Positions 1-12,517 of a stretch of DNA of 47,516 bases are shown here, in pieces. This DNA comes from Malacoraja senta. Taxonomy: Eukaryota. Below the pieces are notes generated by a model, which was given only the letters and a program-made list of their open reading frames with translations, was not told the origin of the DNA and did not search any database. Location: the NCBI GenBank assembly GCA_038087875.1, contig JAXLNO010000423.1, positions 124,001-171,516 on the forward strand, read 5' to 3'. Position 1 is the stretch's first letter. Every line of letters starts with the position of its first letter. The translations under genes were made by a program, and so were the position numbers.

Positions 1-594
1 GATAGGGGGTGGAAAGGAAAAAAGGAAAAAGGCGGAGGAGGAGCCCGAGGGCTGGGGGAGGGGAGGAGACAACCAGATGGCTGATGAAGGGGAGGAGACA
101 GCAAGGGCTAGCAGAATTGGGAGAATTCAATGTTCAAGCCCCCAGGATGTAGACTGCCCAAGCGGAATATGAGGTGCATTTCCTCCAATTTACGGTGTTG
201 CTCGCTGTGGCCATGGAGGAGACCCAGGACAGAGAAGTCAGATTCGGAATGGGAGGGGGAGTTGAAGTGCTGAGCCACCGGGAGGTCAGGTTGGTTATTG
301 CGGACCGACCGGAGGTGTTCGGCGAAACGATCGCCAAGCCTCCGCTTGGTCTCACCGATGTAGATCAGCTGGCATCTAGAGCAGCGGATGCAATAGATGA
401 GGTTGGAGGAGATGCAGGTGAACCTCTGTCGCACCTGGAACGACTGCTTGGGTCCTTGAATGGAGTAGAGGGGGGAGGTGAAGGGACAAGTGTTGCATCT
501 CTTGCGGTTGCAAGGGAAAGTACCAGGGGAGGGGGTGGTATGGGAGGGAAGGGAAGAATTGACAAGGGAGTTATGGAGGGAGTGGTCTTTGCAT
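1..594 (-). mobile_element. Penelope-like element (PLE) 3' fragment including the GIY-YIG endonuclease (108-434)
   Basis: ORF 108-434 reads LIYCIRCSRCQLIYIGETKRRLGDRFAEH...VAQHF, a GIY-YIG domain. Near-identical copies lie at 20030-20903 and 44260-45126. Confidence 0.9.
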
Positions 595-609
595 AGTCTT
601 ATTTTGTTG

Positions 610-1032
610 TCTTCTTCTTCTTGCGTTTGAGGCAGAAGAGGTTATGTAACGCCCTCCAGGCGCTGTAGCCAGTTCAATGTGTTGTTGTCGAGGGCCGTGA
701 TGTCTACCCCTCCACCAGGGGTGCGGAGGACAGCGCAGTCGAAAATGACGTGCTGCGCTGTTTGCTGGTCTGCTCCACATACGCAGGCTGCTGATGAACG
801 CAGCCACCAGCGATGCATGTTGGCGTTGAACCGGCCGACCGCTGTACGGAGCCGGTTCAGGGCGACCCACTCTTTGCGGGGCAGATTCGAGCCAGGTGGG
901 GCTGTGGTGTTCGGTGCAACAGTGAATTGCGGAGGTCGTGAAGTCTGTTCCCAGCAGGTTCTCCATGCTCAAAGTGTGTTGAAACCAGAGCCACAGAGGG
1001 TCGCTGCATGACAGGAGAAGGGGTGACGAGAT
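610..1032 (-). mobile_element. Vingi (Ingi-related) LINE 3' fragment with C-terminal CCHC finger and (GAA)n tail
   Basis: Manual minus-strand translation gives SRHPF...*...PPGSNLPRKEWVALNRLRTAVGRFNANMHRWW...CVCGADQQTAQHVIFDC...EGVT* (stop at 642-644). A very short 3' UTR ending AAACGCAAGAAGAAGA follows. Confidence 0.8.
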
Positions 1033-1176
1033 GTCAACTCAATTTAACTAAAGGTGGCCAATGTGTAACGTACTCAATATAACATTGCATACATGCCTTC
1101 TCAGAATTCTGCTTGATCCAGACCAAGGAGGTTCCTAATGCTTGCTTGATTGACTTTGTTAATTAACTGAGTGATA

Positions 1177-1230
1177 GGGGTGGGAGATTGCAACCTTCAC
1201 GTGGTCCGCCCTGTTTCAACGAATACAATC
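1177..1230 (+). ncRNA. Minimal HDV-like self-cleaving ribozyme (predicted fold)
   Basis: P1 GGGGTGG/CCGCCCT with G1-U wobble; P2 GATTGCA/TACAATC (1 mismatch); P3 ACC/GGT; L3 TTCACGT; J4/2 CGAA; P4 minimal. Confidence 0.7.
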
Positions 1231-1316
1231 AACCCGGCATGCACAATCAAATAAGATCAAATAGAACAAGTTGTCCTCCAACTTTAGGCTGTGCGCGCCA
1301 TACGGAAGAAGAAGAA
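1177..1316 (+). mobile_element. Short non-autonomous Vingi-dependent retroposon (~140 bp)
   Basis: The 3' end CCATACGGAAGAAGAAGAA resembles the adjacent Vingi tail. AGTGATA is repeated at 1170-1176 and 1320-1326 (probable TSD). No tRNA A/B boxes. Confidence 0.7.
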
Positions 1317-1481
1317 CCAAGTGATATTTCCTTTTCTTTCTACGATTTGCAGTGGGCCTGACAAATACTAAATCCTTCATGCATGCAATTGTGATACACA
1401 ATCCCTGATGACTGGAAAACTCTTGCTGCCTTGAATGCCATGCATAGTAGGCTCAAGGGAAGACACCTTCTACTCCTGACT

Positions 1482-1714
1482 GTGTAGGAAGGAACTGCAG
1501 GTGCTGGTTTACACTGAAGATAGACACAAAATGCTGGAGTAACTCAGCAGGTCAGGCAGCATCTCTGGAGAACAAGAATAGGTGATGTTTTGGGTTGAGA
1601 GCCGTCATCAGACCCAGAGTATGAAGAAGGGTCTCGACCCAAAACATCACCTTTTCCTCTTCACCTAGAGATGCTCCTGACCCGCTGAGTTACTCCAGCA
1701 TTTTGTGTCTATCT
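1482..1714. mobile_element. Inverted pair of Penelope terminal-repeat (pLTR) fragments with degenerate hammerhead motifs
   Basis: AGACACAAAATGCTGGAGTAACTCAGC...GATGTTTTGGGT is mirrored by ACCCAAAACATC...GCTGAGTTACTCCAGCATTTTGTGTCT. A related sequence follows the PLE ORF at 20806-20903. Confidence 0.75.
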
Positions 1715-1854
1715 ACTACTCCTGACTCATGGGTATATTTGCAAGCATCTATTGAACCGGCGTCTAGTGCCATCCTTTTTTTTTGATCAGTGATGTTGGA
1801 TGAAAGATAAGTGTCTAAAATAGCGACACGTGAGCTTTTACAACTGCTTTGCAT

Positions 1855-1925
1855 CTTATCCGAAAATGACACCTCCGGTCTTGCAGCACTCCATTAACGG
1901 TGCACTGAAATGTCAGTGTAGAATT
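1855..1925 (-). mobile_element. Degraded DeuSINE (SacSINE1/AmnSINE1-like) fragment
   Basis: GACACCTCC...TGCAGCACTCC...TGCACTGAAATGTCAG resembles the Deu domain as recalled; not aligned. Confidence 0.4.
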
Positions 1926-4900
1926 CGGGACCAATTGGTTTTCCAGAGGCAGAAAATCATATCACTTGAAGTCTGCCTTGAGCCACATTAATTTATGGGA
2001 CGTCATTGGATTTGTAATATTCCATCAGAATGGCATAAGTAGGTATTTTCCAGTCCATTGTCCATCATGGTTGGTCAATGGCTTAGGAGACGTTGGCAAT
2101 TCTACAGATTGCTGTTCAAATTCATCACCTCCATCTCAGTCATAGATGTTCTTGCTGATATCCTGACTAGCCTTTATATCTGACCCCCACTGTGGAAGCT
2201 GGTTACATTTGGATTGGCTGATTGCTGCATCTATATTGTGTCAGGGATCAAATTTCAGTTTTAATCAGGGATTTTATGGATAGCCGCCCTTCATAAAAAT
2301 GAGGACCAGTCTTTTTATAATAACGTGATGTCCCTCAATATTTTAAGGACATTGAAATCAACCATTGTGTGTTGAACATGCTTCTGCACTATTGTAAATT
2401 ACAGAGGAAAAAAAGATAAATGTTTATGTTAATCAGCCCACATTGAAATACCCAGGATAAGATCGAGGACATCCTGTCATTCAACATATATTTGAAGACA
2501 TATCCCTGCACTTAAAACATAGTGAAAACATATTTGTTCTGTCAATCAATATTTAAGATGTTGTCTATCCAGAGAGTTGTCCCTCAATACTGTGATTAAA
2601 AACTATAGTTTGAGTGTCTGGAGTTTTGAGCTCAGAAGCTTCAGACAGCCCACAGATGTTGACATTTTCAAGTGTCTTGTCAGTTGACATATGCTACCAT
2701 TAGACATTTTTCTAAGCTACTTGTCGACACCGAAAGGTTGAAGTAAACTATGTAAATCTACTGTTATTTTCGTGTTTAAAGAGTACAAAACCCATGTACT
2801 TTTGAGTTTGGTGAGGTTCTCCAGAGACTCTCTAAGAGAGATTCTTCCAAGCAAGTCTGCTTGTCTCATAGAATAAAGACCTTTCTCATCTACAGCTCCA
2901 GCCCCCATGTGACGTCTTCACAGTCACAGTGCACTGCACACTGACTCCATCTCAGAAAGGTTGTTTATTGACAGAGAAACACTTGTGGGGCTTTCCGAGG
3001 TAGTCAAAGGTCTTTCCCCTTCACTCTCTATTACACCCAGCAAAGGTACTGACATTATGAGCTTGCACACACCCTTTCAATGTGCAGACGAAAACTTAAG
3101 ATTCACCCCTTCTGACATTGGTGTCTGAGCCATAGCTTCTTCCTTTTTCTTGGTATTGAACCACTGATGTAGTATTTGTCTTCTCAAGTGCAATACCTTT
3201 CACAAGCTAAGATTTCCCCAAGTTTCCTTCAGGCCGTCGCTATTAATCCTTTCCAGTAGCTCGTGGCCATCCCCTGTTGCAATCAACTCATCCTGAACTG
3301 CTTCTATATCCCAACCAGTGCCAAATCCCAAAGGCAATTGAGAGGAGAGAGCAATCAGGTGCAGCAGTCAGATGAATGTGACGTTGCAATATGTCTGGCA
3401 TGTAACAATATACAGGTTTGTGCTTGATGGGTAAAAAAACATGGGATTTTTCAAAGGATCAATACTTCTGACAATGTCATGGCTATGTTACAGAAGTGTA
3501 CAGATTGTGGCAGCTCCATTAAGTGCACCACCTAACAACACAAAGAAGGGGCTATTCAGCTCCATCATGACTGCACCCATCCCTTCTAAAGAGCTATTAA
3601 ACCCATCCCCATTGCTATCCAGTATTACATTACTTTCAAATGATTTGGCTAATTCCATTTAACATAACTATGGTAATTGATTCCTTTCAACCATTTAGGA
3701 TGATAACAGCCAAAAGATTTCTGCCTCCCTCCCTTCTGTTCTTTCTCTAGTGATCTAACTTCTGTCTCCTCTGAATTCCCAGCCTCTTGACGGTGGGAAC
3801 AATTCCTTCCTATTTACTCAGCAAAGCCCTTTATAATTGTGAAAACCTTCATTAAATCTCCTCTGAACCACACAAATATTTAGCATTGCAAATTAAAACC
3901 AGCAGAAAATAATCCCCTTAGAGTTTAACTGTTGAAACTAAGATGAAGTGGTGAAGACATTAAGTGCAGTTTTGGAAACTAGTTCAGAATGATGCATGCA
4001 TTGAATTTTGCATGAAAAGTCAATACCCAATATCTTTCAATGATATGTAGATTAAACACCAAGCTATTGATAATAGGAAATGCCTGGACCATACTAATTG
4101 CAGCATTCAATACAGAATGGAGGAATACCTTACCCAGGAGTTAGCATTAACAATGTAACTGCAAATTAATGGTGACAAATTGTTTTCACAGGCCCAGTAA
4201 CTGTAGAGAAATGAGAACCTGATTCAAATACCCAGAGAGCCACAAGGTCAATGGCACACAGTTGGTGAGCACTAACATTGTGAAGAAGCTTTGAGAAAAT
4301 GGGAAGGAGCCAAGATGCAGTAACAAGCAGCCTTTCGCCCTAACATTAGTAATTTGTCATAACAGTGATGTGGACATCATCATTGGAACAATCATGACTA
4401 GGAAAACTGGAACATTATTAATCCACCACATTATTTATTTGCTGGAAATAGTGGAGGAGTCACCACAAAGTCGCCTAGATAACTGCAAGGCCAGAATCTC
4501 CCCAATACCTCTATCTGTGAAGATGCCAATGTGGAGAGGGGCACCTCAAAAAGAGTCTATTAATCTGTTCTGGCTCTCTATTTTAAATGTCCCTTTCAAT
4601 ATTTATGTTGCAACTCAGTAGGAGCTGTAAGCATAGACCATGAATGAATGCCGTGTCCATATCCACTTGACTGCAGCCTTTGATCTAGTTGTGCCTTTCG
4701 GACAATATAACTACACTTATTTTACTTGACAAAGATCACAGAGATTCCGCCATGAGAAGATAAACAAATGGACTCATGTACACACTATTGAACACTTACT
4801 CAATGGTATTCCTTGCATACTCATTATTTCAGATTGCATCAGGCACCATGAAGGAAGATATACAAGTTCCGAGGTACAAACTAGGCTATTTAGCAACAAT

Positions 4901-5384
4901 ATTCCAAGTGTTTATTTGGTCACCAATGCTCAGTCTTGTTTTCAAGATGCAAGTATATATATGAACTGAGAAATCATTATCTGACAAGGCTACTGGCTAT
5001 GAGGTGCAACTTGAGAAATGGACCCTAACTTGTTAATTCTGGTAAATGAATTGAATTTCATTCTGAAATACATCTAGGAAATAGGATCCACTAGACTAAG
5101 TGGGACCCATTGGGTCCCATGTTCACACGGGAGGGCTGGTCCCCCGACACAATATTCCACCTATCCACCAATTCCAATATTGGTGGCCAGTGTGGGGGGG
5201 GGGCTTTCTGGAGCGCTGGTATGGGTGTTGTTGGCTGCAGGGACTACTGGTCTCCAGAGGGCTAGTATGGACATTGTGGGCCAAATGGATTCTTGGGATG
5301 GCAGCTCAGTCCCTCAAGCCTGATGTGCTGGCAGCTCACTCACAGCTGGAGGGCTGGCAGTTGACTCACGGCTATTCCTTGAAA

Positions 5385-5690
5385 TACCATTTCAAGCAGA
5401 GTGCAAGGCCACCAAATCCATTTTCCTACCATTTCAAGCAGGGTGCAAGGCCACCGAATTCAAGTCCAGTTTCCAACCACTTCAAGCAGGGTGCAAGGCC
5501 ACCAAATTCAAGTGCAGTTTCATACCATTTCAAGGAGGGTGCAAGGCCACCAAATTCAAATGCAGTTTCATATCATTTCATGCAGGGTGCAACGACACCA
5601 CATTCAAATGCAGTTTCATACCATTTCATGCAGTGTGCAAGGCCACCACATTCAAATGCAGTTTCATACCATTTCAAGCAGGGTGAAACC
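5385..5690. repeat. Helitron-internal tandem repeat A, ~48-bp unit, ~6-7 copies
   Basis: Unit TACCATTTCAAGCAGGGTGCAAGGCCACCAAATTCAAATGCAGTTTCA; gives the 16-aa periodicity in ORF 5100-5948. Confidence 0.9.
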
Positions 5691-5726
5691 ACCATAAAAC
5701 TGCCATACAACCACACAAAACACCAC

Positions 5727-5844
5727 ACTCACAGTTCAGTAGACATTCAGTGTGTTCAGTTGATTCACAGCTCAGACAGAGTCGTGACCACTCCCTCCCC
5801 CATCATGCAGAGACTGAGCCACACCCACACTTCTGGGTTTTATA
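5727..5844 (-). promoter_or_regulatory. Helitron-borne TATA-Inr-exon 1-splice donor cassette (copy 1a)
   Basis: TATAAAA starts at 5844; TCAGTC Inr has its A at 5815 (29 nt downstream); donor ACT|GTGAGT at 5733/5732. Confidence 0.55.
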
Positions 5845-6074
5845 TTCCCTCCCCCACCCACCGGAAAAGGTGTGGCCTTCATGGCGTGATTGACAGGAGA
5901 GAGATTCTCAACATTTCTTACACTAATACCACTTGTATTATTCATTGATGGTAAGAATCATCTGCACCTGATGAGCGGAGGGGGACTGAGTAAGATGGCC
6001 AAAAATCACAGCCATAAGTGGTAGCGTTTTATCTAAATCATTATAGTGCAAACAGGAAGTTGTCAAGTTTAGAC

Positions 6075-6193
6075 AAACCACCATTTGCAGTGCCTTTTAC
6101 TTCAACCCAAAACCCCCAAACAACCATTTGCAGTGCCTTTTTACTTCAACCCAAAACCCCCAAGCAACCATTTGCAGTGCCTTTTCACTTCAA
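6075..6193. repeat. Tandem repeat B (~43-44-bp unit), left part before the CR1 insertion
   Basis: Unit AACAACCATTTGCAGTGCCTTTTTACTTCAACCCAAAACCCCCA; the array resumes in register at 15121. Confidence 0.9.
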
Positions 6194-8955
6194 ATAGAGA
6201 AAGCCAGTAGAAAATGTGGGAGGCAGGAGGCAGAGAAGGGAAGCACTGTATTCTCCCCAAAATGTAGGGGAGAAAGAAGAAAAAGATAATAAACAGAGAA
6301 TAAGTCGTGGTGGGTTTCTTAAATGTGTATATTTTAATGCTAGGAGCATTGTAAGAAAGGTGGATGAGCTTAGAGCCTGGATTGACACCTGGAAGTATGA
6401 TGTTGTGGCGATCAGTGAAACATGGTTGCAGGAGGGCTGTGATTGGAAACTAAATATTCCAGGATTTCGTTGCTTCAGGGGTGATAGAATTGGAGGGGCA
6501 AGAGGTGGGGGTGTTGCATTGCTTGTCAAGGAAGATATTACAGCAGTGCTTTGGCAGGATAGATTAGAGGGCTCGTCTAGGGAGGCTATTTGGGTGGAAC
6601 TGAGAAATGGGAAAGGTGTAGCAACACTTATAGGGGTGTATTATAGACTGCCAAATGGGGAGCGAGAATTGGAAGAGCAAATATGCAAGGAGATAGCAGA
6701 AATTAGTAGTAAGCACAAGGTAGTGATTGTGGGAGATTTCAATTTTCCACACATAGACTGGGAAACACATTCTATAAAAGGGCTGGATGGTTTGGAGTTT
6801 GTAAAATGTGTGCAGGATAGTTTTTTGCAGCAATACATAGAGGTACCTACTAGAGAAGGGGCAGTGCTGGACCTCCTGTTAGGAAATGAGACAGGGCAGG
6901 TGGCGGAGGTAGGCGTCGGGTCCAGTGATCAAAATATCATTAGTTTCAATATAATTATGGAGAGGGTCAGAACTGGACCTAGGGTTGAGATTTTTGATTG
7001 GAGAAAGGCTAACTTTGAGGAGATGCGAAAGGATTTAAACGGAGTGAATTGGGACTTGTTGTTTTATGGGAAGGATGTAGAAGAGAAATGGAGGACATTT
7101 AAAGGTGAAATTTTAAGAGTACAGAATCTTTATGTCCCTGTTCGGTTGAAAGGAAATAGTAAAAATTGGAAAGAGCCATGGTTTTCAAGGGAAATTGGAC
7201 ACTTGGTTCGGAAAAAGAGAGAGATCTACAATAATTATAGGCAGCATGGAGTAAATGAGGTGCTTGAGGAGTATAAAGAATGTAAAAAGAATATTAAGAA
7301 ATAAATTAGAGAAGCTAAAAGAAGATATGAGGTTGCTTTGGCAAGTAAGGTGAAAGTAAATCCAAAGGGTTTTTACAGCTATATTAATAGCAAAAGGATA
7401 ACAAGGAATACAATTGGTCCATTAGAGAGTCAGAGTGGACAGCTATCTGCAGAGCCAAAAGAGATGTGGGAGATATTGAACGATTTCTTTTCTTCGGTAT
7501 TCACCAAGGAGAAGGATATGGAATTATGTGAGGTAAGGGAAACAAGCAGAGTAGCAATGGAAACTATGAGATTCAAAGAAGAGGAGGTGCAGACACTTTT
7601 GAAAAATATGAAAACGGATAAGTCTCCAGGTCCTGACAGGATATTCCCTAGGACATTGAGGGAAGTTAGTGTAGAAATAGCAGGGGCGATGACAGAAATA
7701 TTTCAAATGTCATTAGAAACGGGAATAGTGCCGGAGGATTGGCGTACTGCGCATGTTGTTCTGTTGTTTAAAAAGGGTTCTAAGAGTAAACCTAGCAATT
7801 ATAGACCTGTTAGTTGACGTCAGTGGTGGGCAAATTAATGGAAAGGATACTTAGAGATAATATATATAAGCAACCGGATAAGCAGGGTCGGATTAGGAAC
7901 AGTCAACATGGATTTGTGCCTGGAAGGTCATGTTTGACTAATCTTCTTGAATTTTTCAAAGAGGTTACTAGGGAAATTGATGAGGGTAAAGCAGTGGATG
8001 TTGTCTATATGGACTTCAGTAAGGCCTTTGACAAGGTTCCTCATGGAAGGTTGGTTAAGAAGATTCAATTGTTGTGTATTAATGGTGGAGTAGCAAGATG
8101 GATTCAACAGTGGCTGAATGGGAGATGCCAGAGAGTAATGGTGGATGGCTGTTTGTCAGGTTGGAGGCCGGTGACTAGTGGGGTGCCTCAGGGGTTTGTG
8201 TTGGGTCCACTGTTCTTTGTCATGTACATCAATGATCTGGATGATGGTGTGGAAAATTGGATTAGTAAGTATGCAGATGATACCAAGATAGGTGGTGTTG
8301 TGGATAATGAAGTAGATTTTCAAAGTCTACAGAGAGATTTAGGCCATTTGGAAGAGTGGGCTGAAAGATGGCAGATGGAGTTTAATGCTGATAATGCTGA
8401 TAAATGTGAGGTGCTACATCTCGGCAGGACAAATCAAAATAGGACGTACATGGTAAATGGTAGCGAATTGAGGAATGCAGTTGAACAGAGGGATCTAGGA
8501 ATAATAGTTCCCTGAAGGTGGAATCTCATGTAGATAGGGTGGTAAAGAAAGCTTTTGGTGTGCTGGCCTTTATAAATCAGAGCATTGAATATAGAAGTTG
8601 GGATGTTAAGAGGGGACTTGATAGAGGTCTTTAAAATTATGAGCGGGTTAGACAGTTGACGTGGATAAGCTTTTCCCATTGCGAGTAGGGAAGATTCAAA
8701 CAAGGGGACATGACTTGAGAATTAAGGGACAGAAGTTTAAGGGTAACATTAGGGGGAACTTCTTTACTCAGAGAGTGGTAGCTGTGTGGAATGAGCTTCC
8801 AGTGGAAGTGGTGGAGGCAGGTTCGATTTTATCCTTTAAAAATAGATTGGATGGGTATATGGACGGGAAAGGAATGGAGGATTATGGTAGATGGGACTAG
8901 GGGGAAGTAAGAAGAAAGAAGGGAAAAAAAGAAAGAAAAAAAAGTGTTCGACACG
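6194..8955 (+). mobile_element. 5'-truncated CR1 LINE, ORF2 pseudogene (APE endonuclease + RT)
   Basis: Motifs YFNARSI, DVVAISETWL, VIVGDFNFP, QHGF, DFSKAFDKV, GVPQG and KYADD occur across 6216-8515 with stops and frameshifts. About 200 bp are deleted near 8607. Confidence 0.95.
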
Positions 8956-9228
8956 TGTAAAAATGTTCTAACGACACATCGTTACTTTACTATCTTTATT
9001 CATACTGGAGCATTACATATTGCACTAGCTGTACGTGGTCTGTCACAGGAACTAGAGAGCGATCTGTGGGTGGGGAGGTTGTAGTTATACTTGTGATATG
9101 GGGAGTGGTTAGTAGTGATGAGGTCACTATGTTAAAGGCACATGAATATATCATCTACATCCTTCCCCTTGGAAACGACAGGCAAATACAATAGTGACAG
9201 GGTGACCACGGCTCATGCGCTAGGACGG

Positions 9229-12200
9229 TTAAACAAAATCGCCATAGCGGACAGGCGGTTTGACAACACGTCCCGACCGGGTTCGCATCTCGCCATCCTC
9301 CCTTCCGGCAGGAAGAAGAGGCACCGATGGGGACAGACGAACCGGAAAGGGGGAAACGGGAGGAGACAGAGGAGACCGCGGCACCAGAACCGGAGGTGAT
9401 GCGGGATCAGGAGCGGGCAGAGCGCGGGCAGGCGAGTGAGGACTAGCCGGAGTAGGGTGGGACGGAAGGAGTTGAGGTGGTGTAGACTGTTGCATGTTAG
9501 GAAGGACGGGCAGAGCATCGCCCGGACGCGGAAACTGTAGTGGGGGAGCAAAGGGATCCGCGGCAGGCGGCCGCGGCTCGTTGACGAGCCGAAGGTGCTG
9601 GCGGGACCGTCGGTAAATGGTTCCCGCATGGTCGACGAGATAAGACCTGGGCGACCCCGCAGAGCCGATGACGGTAGCGAGCTTGGAGTGACCGGAAGGG
9701 GTCTGCATGCGGACAACTTGACCGGGGAAGAGGCGCGGCAGCGGGTGGCAGGACCTGTCATGGGAACGCTTCTGGACATCGTGCCTGAAGGCAATGCGTT
9801 TCTGAACCGCAGCAGGCGTGAGGACAGACGGTATGAGGGAGCGCTGGGCCACAGGGAGCGGGAGTCTGGTAGCGCGAGACATGAGCCGCTGAGCAGGGGA
9901 ACCCATGGCAGAGTCGCGGGAGATGTTGCGGAGGTTGAGGAGGGCCAGATAGAAATCGGAGTTGGATAAACGACATTGTTCCAGCAAGTTCTTTGCACTG
10001 CGGATGGCTCGCTCGGCCAGACCGTTGCTTTGCGGGTACTCCGGGCTGCTGGTGAAATGCTGGATGTTCCATCTGGAAGCGAAAGCTTTAAACTCAGAGC
10101 TCGTAAACTGGCTGCCACTCTCCGACTGCAGGCTTGCCGGGGGGCCAAAAGTGCCAAAATGATGGCCTAACCTGTCGATGACGGCCGAAGAGGTTAGGGA
10201 GTGCAGCCGGTCGACCTCGAACCAGCTGGAGTAGGAGTCAACGAGAACCAGGAAGTGTTTGCCCCGCCACTCGAAAATGTCGACGGCAACCGCCATCCAG
10301 GGCAGTTCGGGGGCAGGCTGCTGCAGAAGCGGCTGACGCTGCCGGTGGGGGCGAGACTGTTGCAGGTGGAACACGAGGAGACGCTCTCCCGGATGTATTG
10401 GGCCATACCAGGCCAATAGAACTGGCTCTGGGCGTGAGACACGGTGGCTTCGGCCCCAGGATGTCCGCGGTGAGCGACCTGAAAATAGTGGTCGTGCAGC
10501 GCAGCAGGCACGACCACCTTGTGGCCCTTCACCACCACGCCGTCGTGTAGTACGAGCTCGTCACGGACCAGGAAGTAGGGCACGGCACCAGCCGGCAACG
10601 CGGAACGACGGTCGGGCCAGCCCCGCTGGATGACGGCAGAAAGCTGTTGCAGGGCAGGGTCATTGGCAGTGTGTTCAACCAGGGACTTCATCTGCTGTGA
10701 AGGGACGATGTTCACTTGGAGCACCATCAGATCAGACATCTCACGGTGGTCAGTTTCAATGGTGAAAGTGTTGCCCAGGACGTAGTCTTTGAATTTGGAG
10801 CAGGCAAACACCACGGCCAGTAGCTCCTTCTCGATCTGCGCGTAGTGCTGTTCGGTGGCGGTCATGGTGCGGGATGCGAAGGAGACAGGCAGCTGTAGGC
10901 CGTCATGGACCTGGAGACAGGCGGCACCGAGTCCGAACTGAGAGGCGTCGCAGGTGAGGACAATGGGACGCTGCAGGTCAAAAAACTTGGGTGTGGGGGT
11001 ACTGATTAGCTTGGATTTAAGGATGTCGAAGGCTTTCTGGTGGTGGGGGAACCAAACCCAGGACGTGTCCTTTTTATCAAATCCCTCAGGGGAGCGCTGA
11101 GCTCGCTGAGGTCGGGGATGAACTTCCCCAGGTAGTTCACCATGCCCAGGAAGCGTTGTAGGCCTGCCACATCAATAGGAGAAGGCATCCCGGAAATGGC
11201 AGCCGTTTTTTGCGGGTCCGGTTTCAGCCCCTCCGCGGTAAATACATGTCCAACATAGGTGACCTCCGGGACGCGAAATCGGCACTTCTTGGGGTTCAGT
11301 TTCAAGTTGATTTCCCGGGCCCGGTCTAGGACCTGGCGGAGGTTGAAGTCGTGTTCGGCGACATCCTTACCATAAACGAGGATGTCGTCAACGATGATGG
11401 CGCACGGTAGATCGGAAAACAGCTGTTCCATTGTCCGTTGGAATACCTCGCTGGCAGAGTTGATTCCGAATGGCATTCGGAGAAACCGAAATCTGCCGAA
11501 GGGGGTGGCGAAAGTTGTCAAGATGGAGGACTGCTCGTCAAGTGGTATTTGCCAGAAGGAGCTTTTGGCATCGAGGACAGAAAAGACCGTTGCCGGACCA
11601 ACCTGTGCAGCGACTTCCTCTACCGTTCTCATAGGGTAGTGTGGGTGTCTAATGGCCAGGTTGAGGTCTTTGGGGTTGATGCAAATGCGTATCTCGCTTT
11701 TGTCCTTTTTCGCGGCAACAACCATGGTGGAGACCCACCTGGTGGGCTCGATGACCGCCTTTAGGATGCCCATTTTTACCATGCTGTGCAGCGTCGACTC
11801 CACTCTGGCCTTCATGGCGAAGGAGACACGGTGAGGTGCATTGACCACTGGTTCGATCTTGCGGTCTACTGCAATCTTGTAGTTGCAGGGCAGTTTGCCC
11901 AGCTCATCATCAAAGCGGTCGGGGTATTCGGCCAACGGGTCCATGAGGGCCTGCACCTGGTGAATGTCACGGTGGAAGGATACCAGGCCCATTTCCTGGC
12001 ATGCTTGGATACCCAATAGGGTAATGCATTTTTGATCGAGGAGATAGAAGGTGAGGGGCCGAGAGGACTCCAGTATCTTGCAGCTTAGCGTAGCTTTTCC
12101 CACAGGAGTCAGGACACCTCCCCCGTAAGCATGCAAAGTTGAGCTGTCAGAAAAAACCTGCTCATTAGTTCTTATCTTTTTGAAGAGTGTTGTTGACATA

Positions 12201-12502
12201 ACGTTCGCAACCGCCCCGGTATCAATCTTAGCAGTGAAGGTCGAGTTGTTCACAGTTACTCGCACTGAAGGGTCGGTTATCATAGCAGGTGCGTCCAACA
12301 CAGTAAACAGGCTGTTCTCCCCCCGAGAGGAGTCGGATTCAGATATAGACTGTCCGTCGAAATAGCACGGGGAGCTGAGCTCACTATCAGCTTGTACCAA
12401 GTTGTTTAAAATGCACCTCGGAGTAGCAAAAGGCTTCCCACGGGAACGACAGGCTGCAGCGAAATGGTTCAATTTCTTGCAGACATTACACGTTTTACCC
12501 AA
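9229..12502 (-). pseudogene. pol: Gypsy pol (PR, RT, RNase H, integrase), frameshifted and partly deleted
   Basis: KIDTGA (PR), IIVDDILVYG (RT), CDAS and YAQIEKELLAVV (RH), H-x3-H...CxxC and SSPEYPQSNGLAERAIR (IN). The second catalytic Asp of IN appears altered (SESGSQF). Confidence 0.9.
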
Positions 12503-12517
12503 GGCAGGGCATACATT

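Noticed and set aside
3207..3370. Possible minus-strand host exon (GFGTGWDIEAVQDELIATGDGHELLERINSDGLKETWGNLSL*) and ORF 2717-2908
   Set aside because: There is an in-frame upstream stop, no convincing acceptor, and no recognisable protein family.
5100..5948. 282-aa ORF, and the repetitive ORFs at 15112-16615 and 34109-34836
   Set aside because: They result from stop-poor tandem units inside Helitrons and show no protein domain.
5968..5990. CTGATGA hammerhead-like core (also at ~81-87)
   Set aside because: No stem II followed by GAAA.
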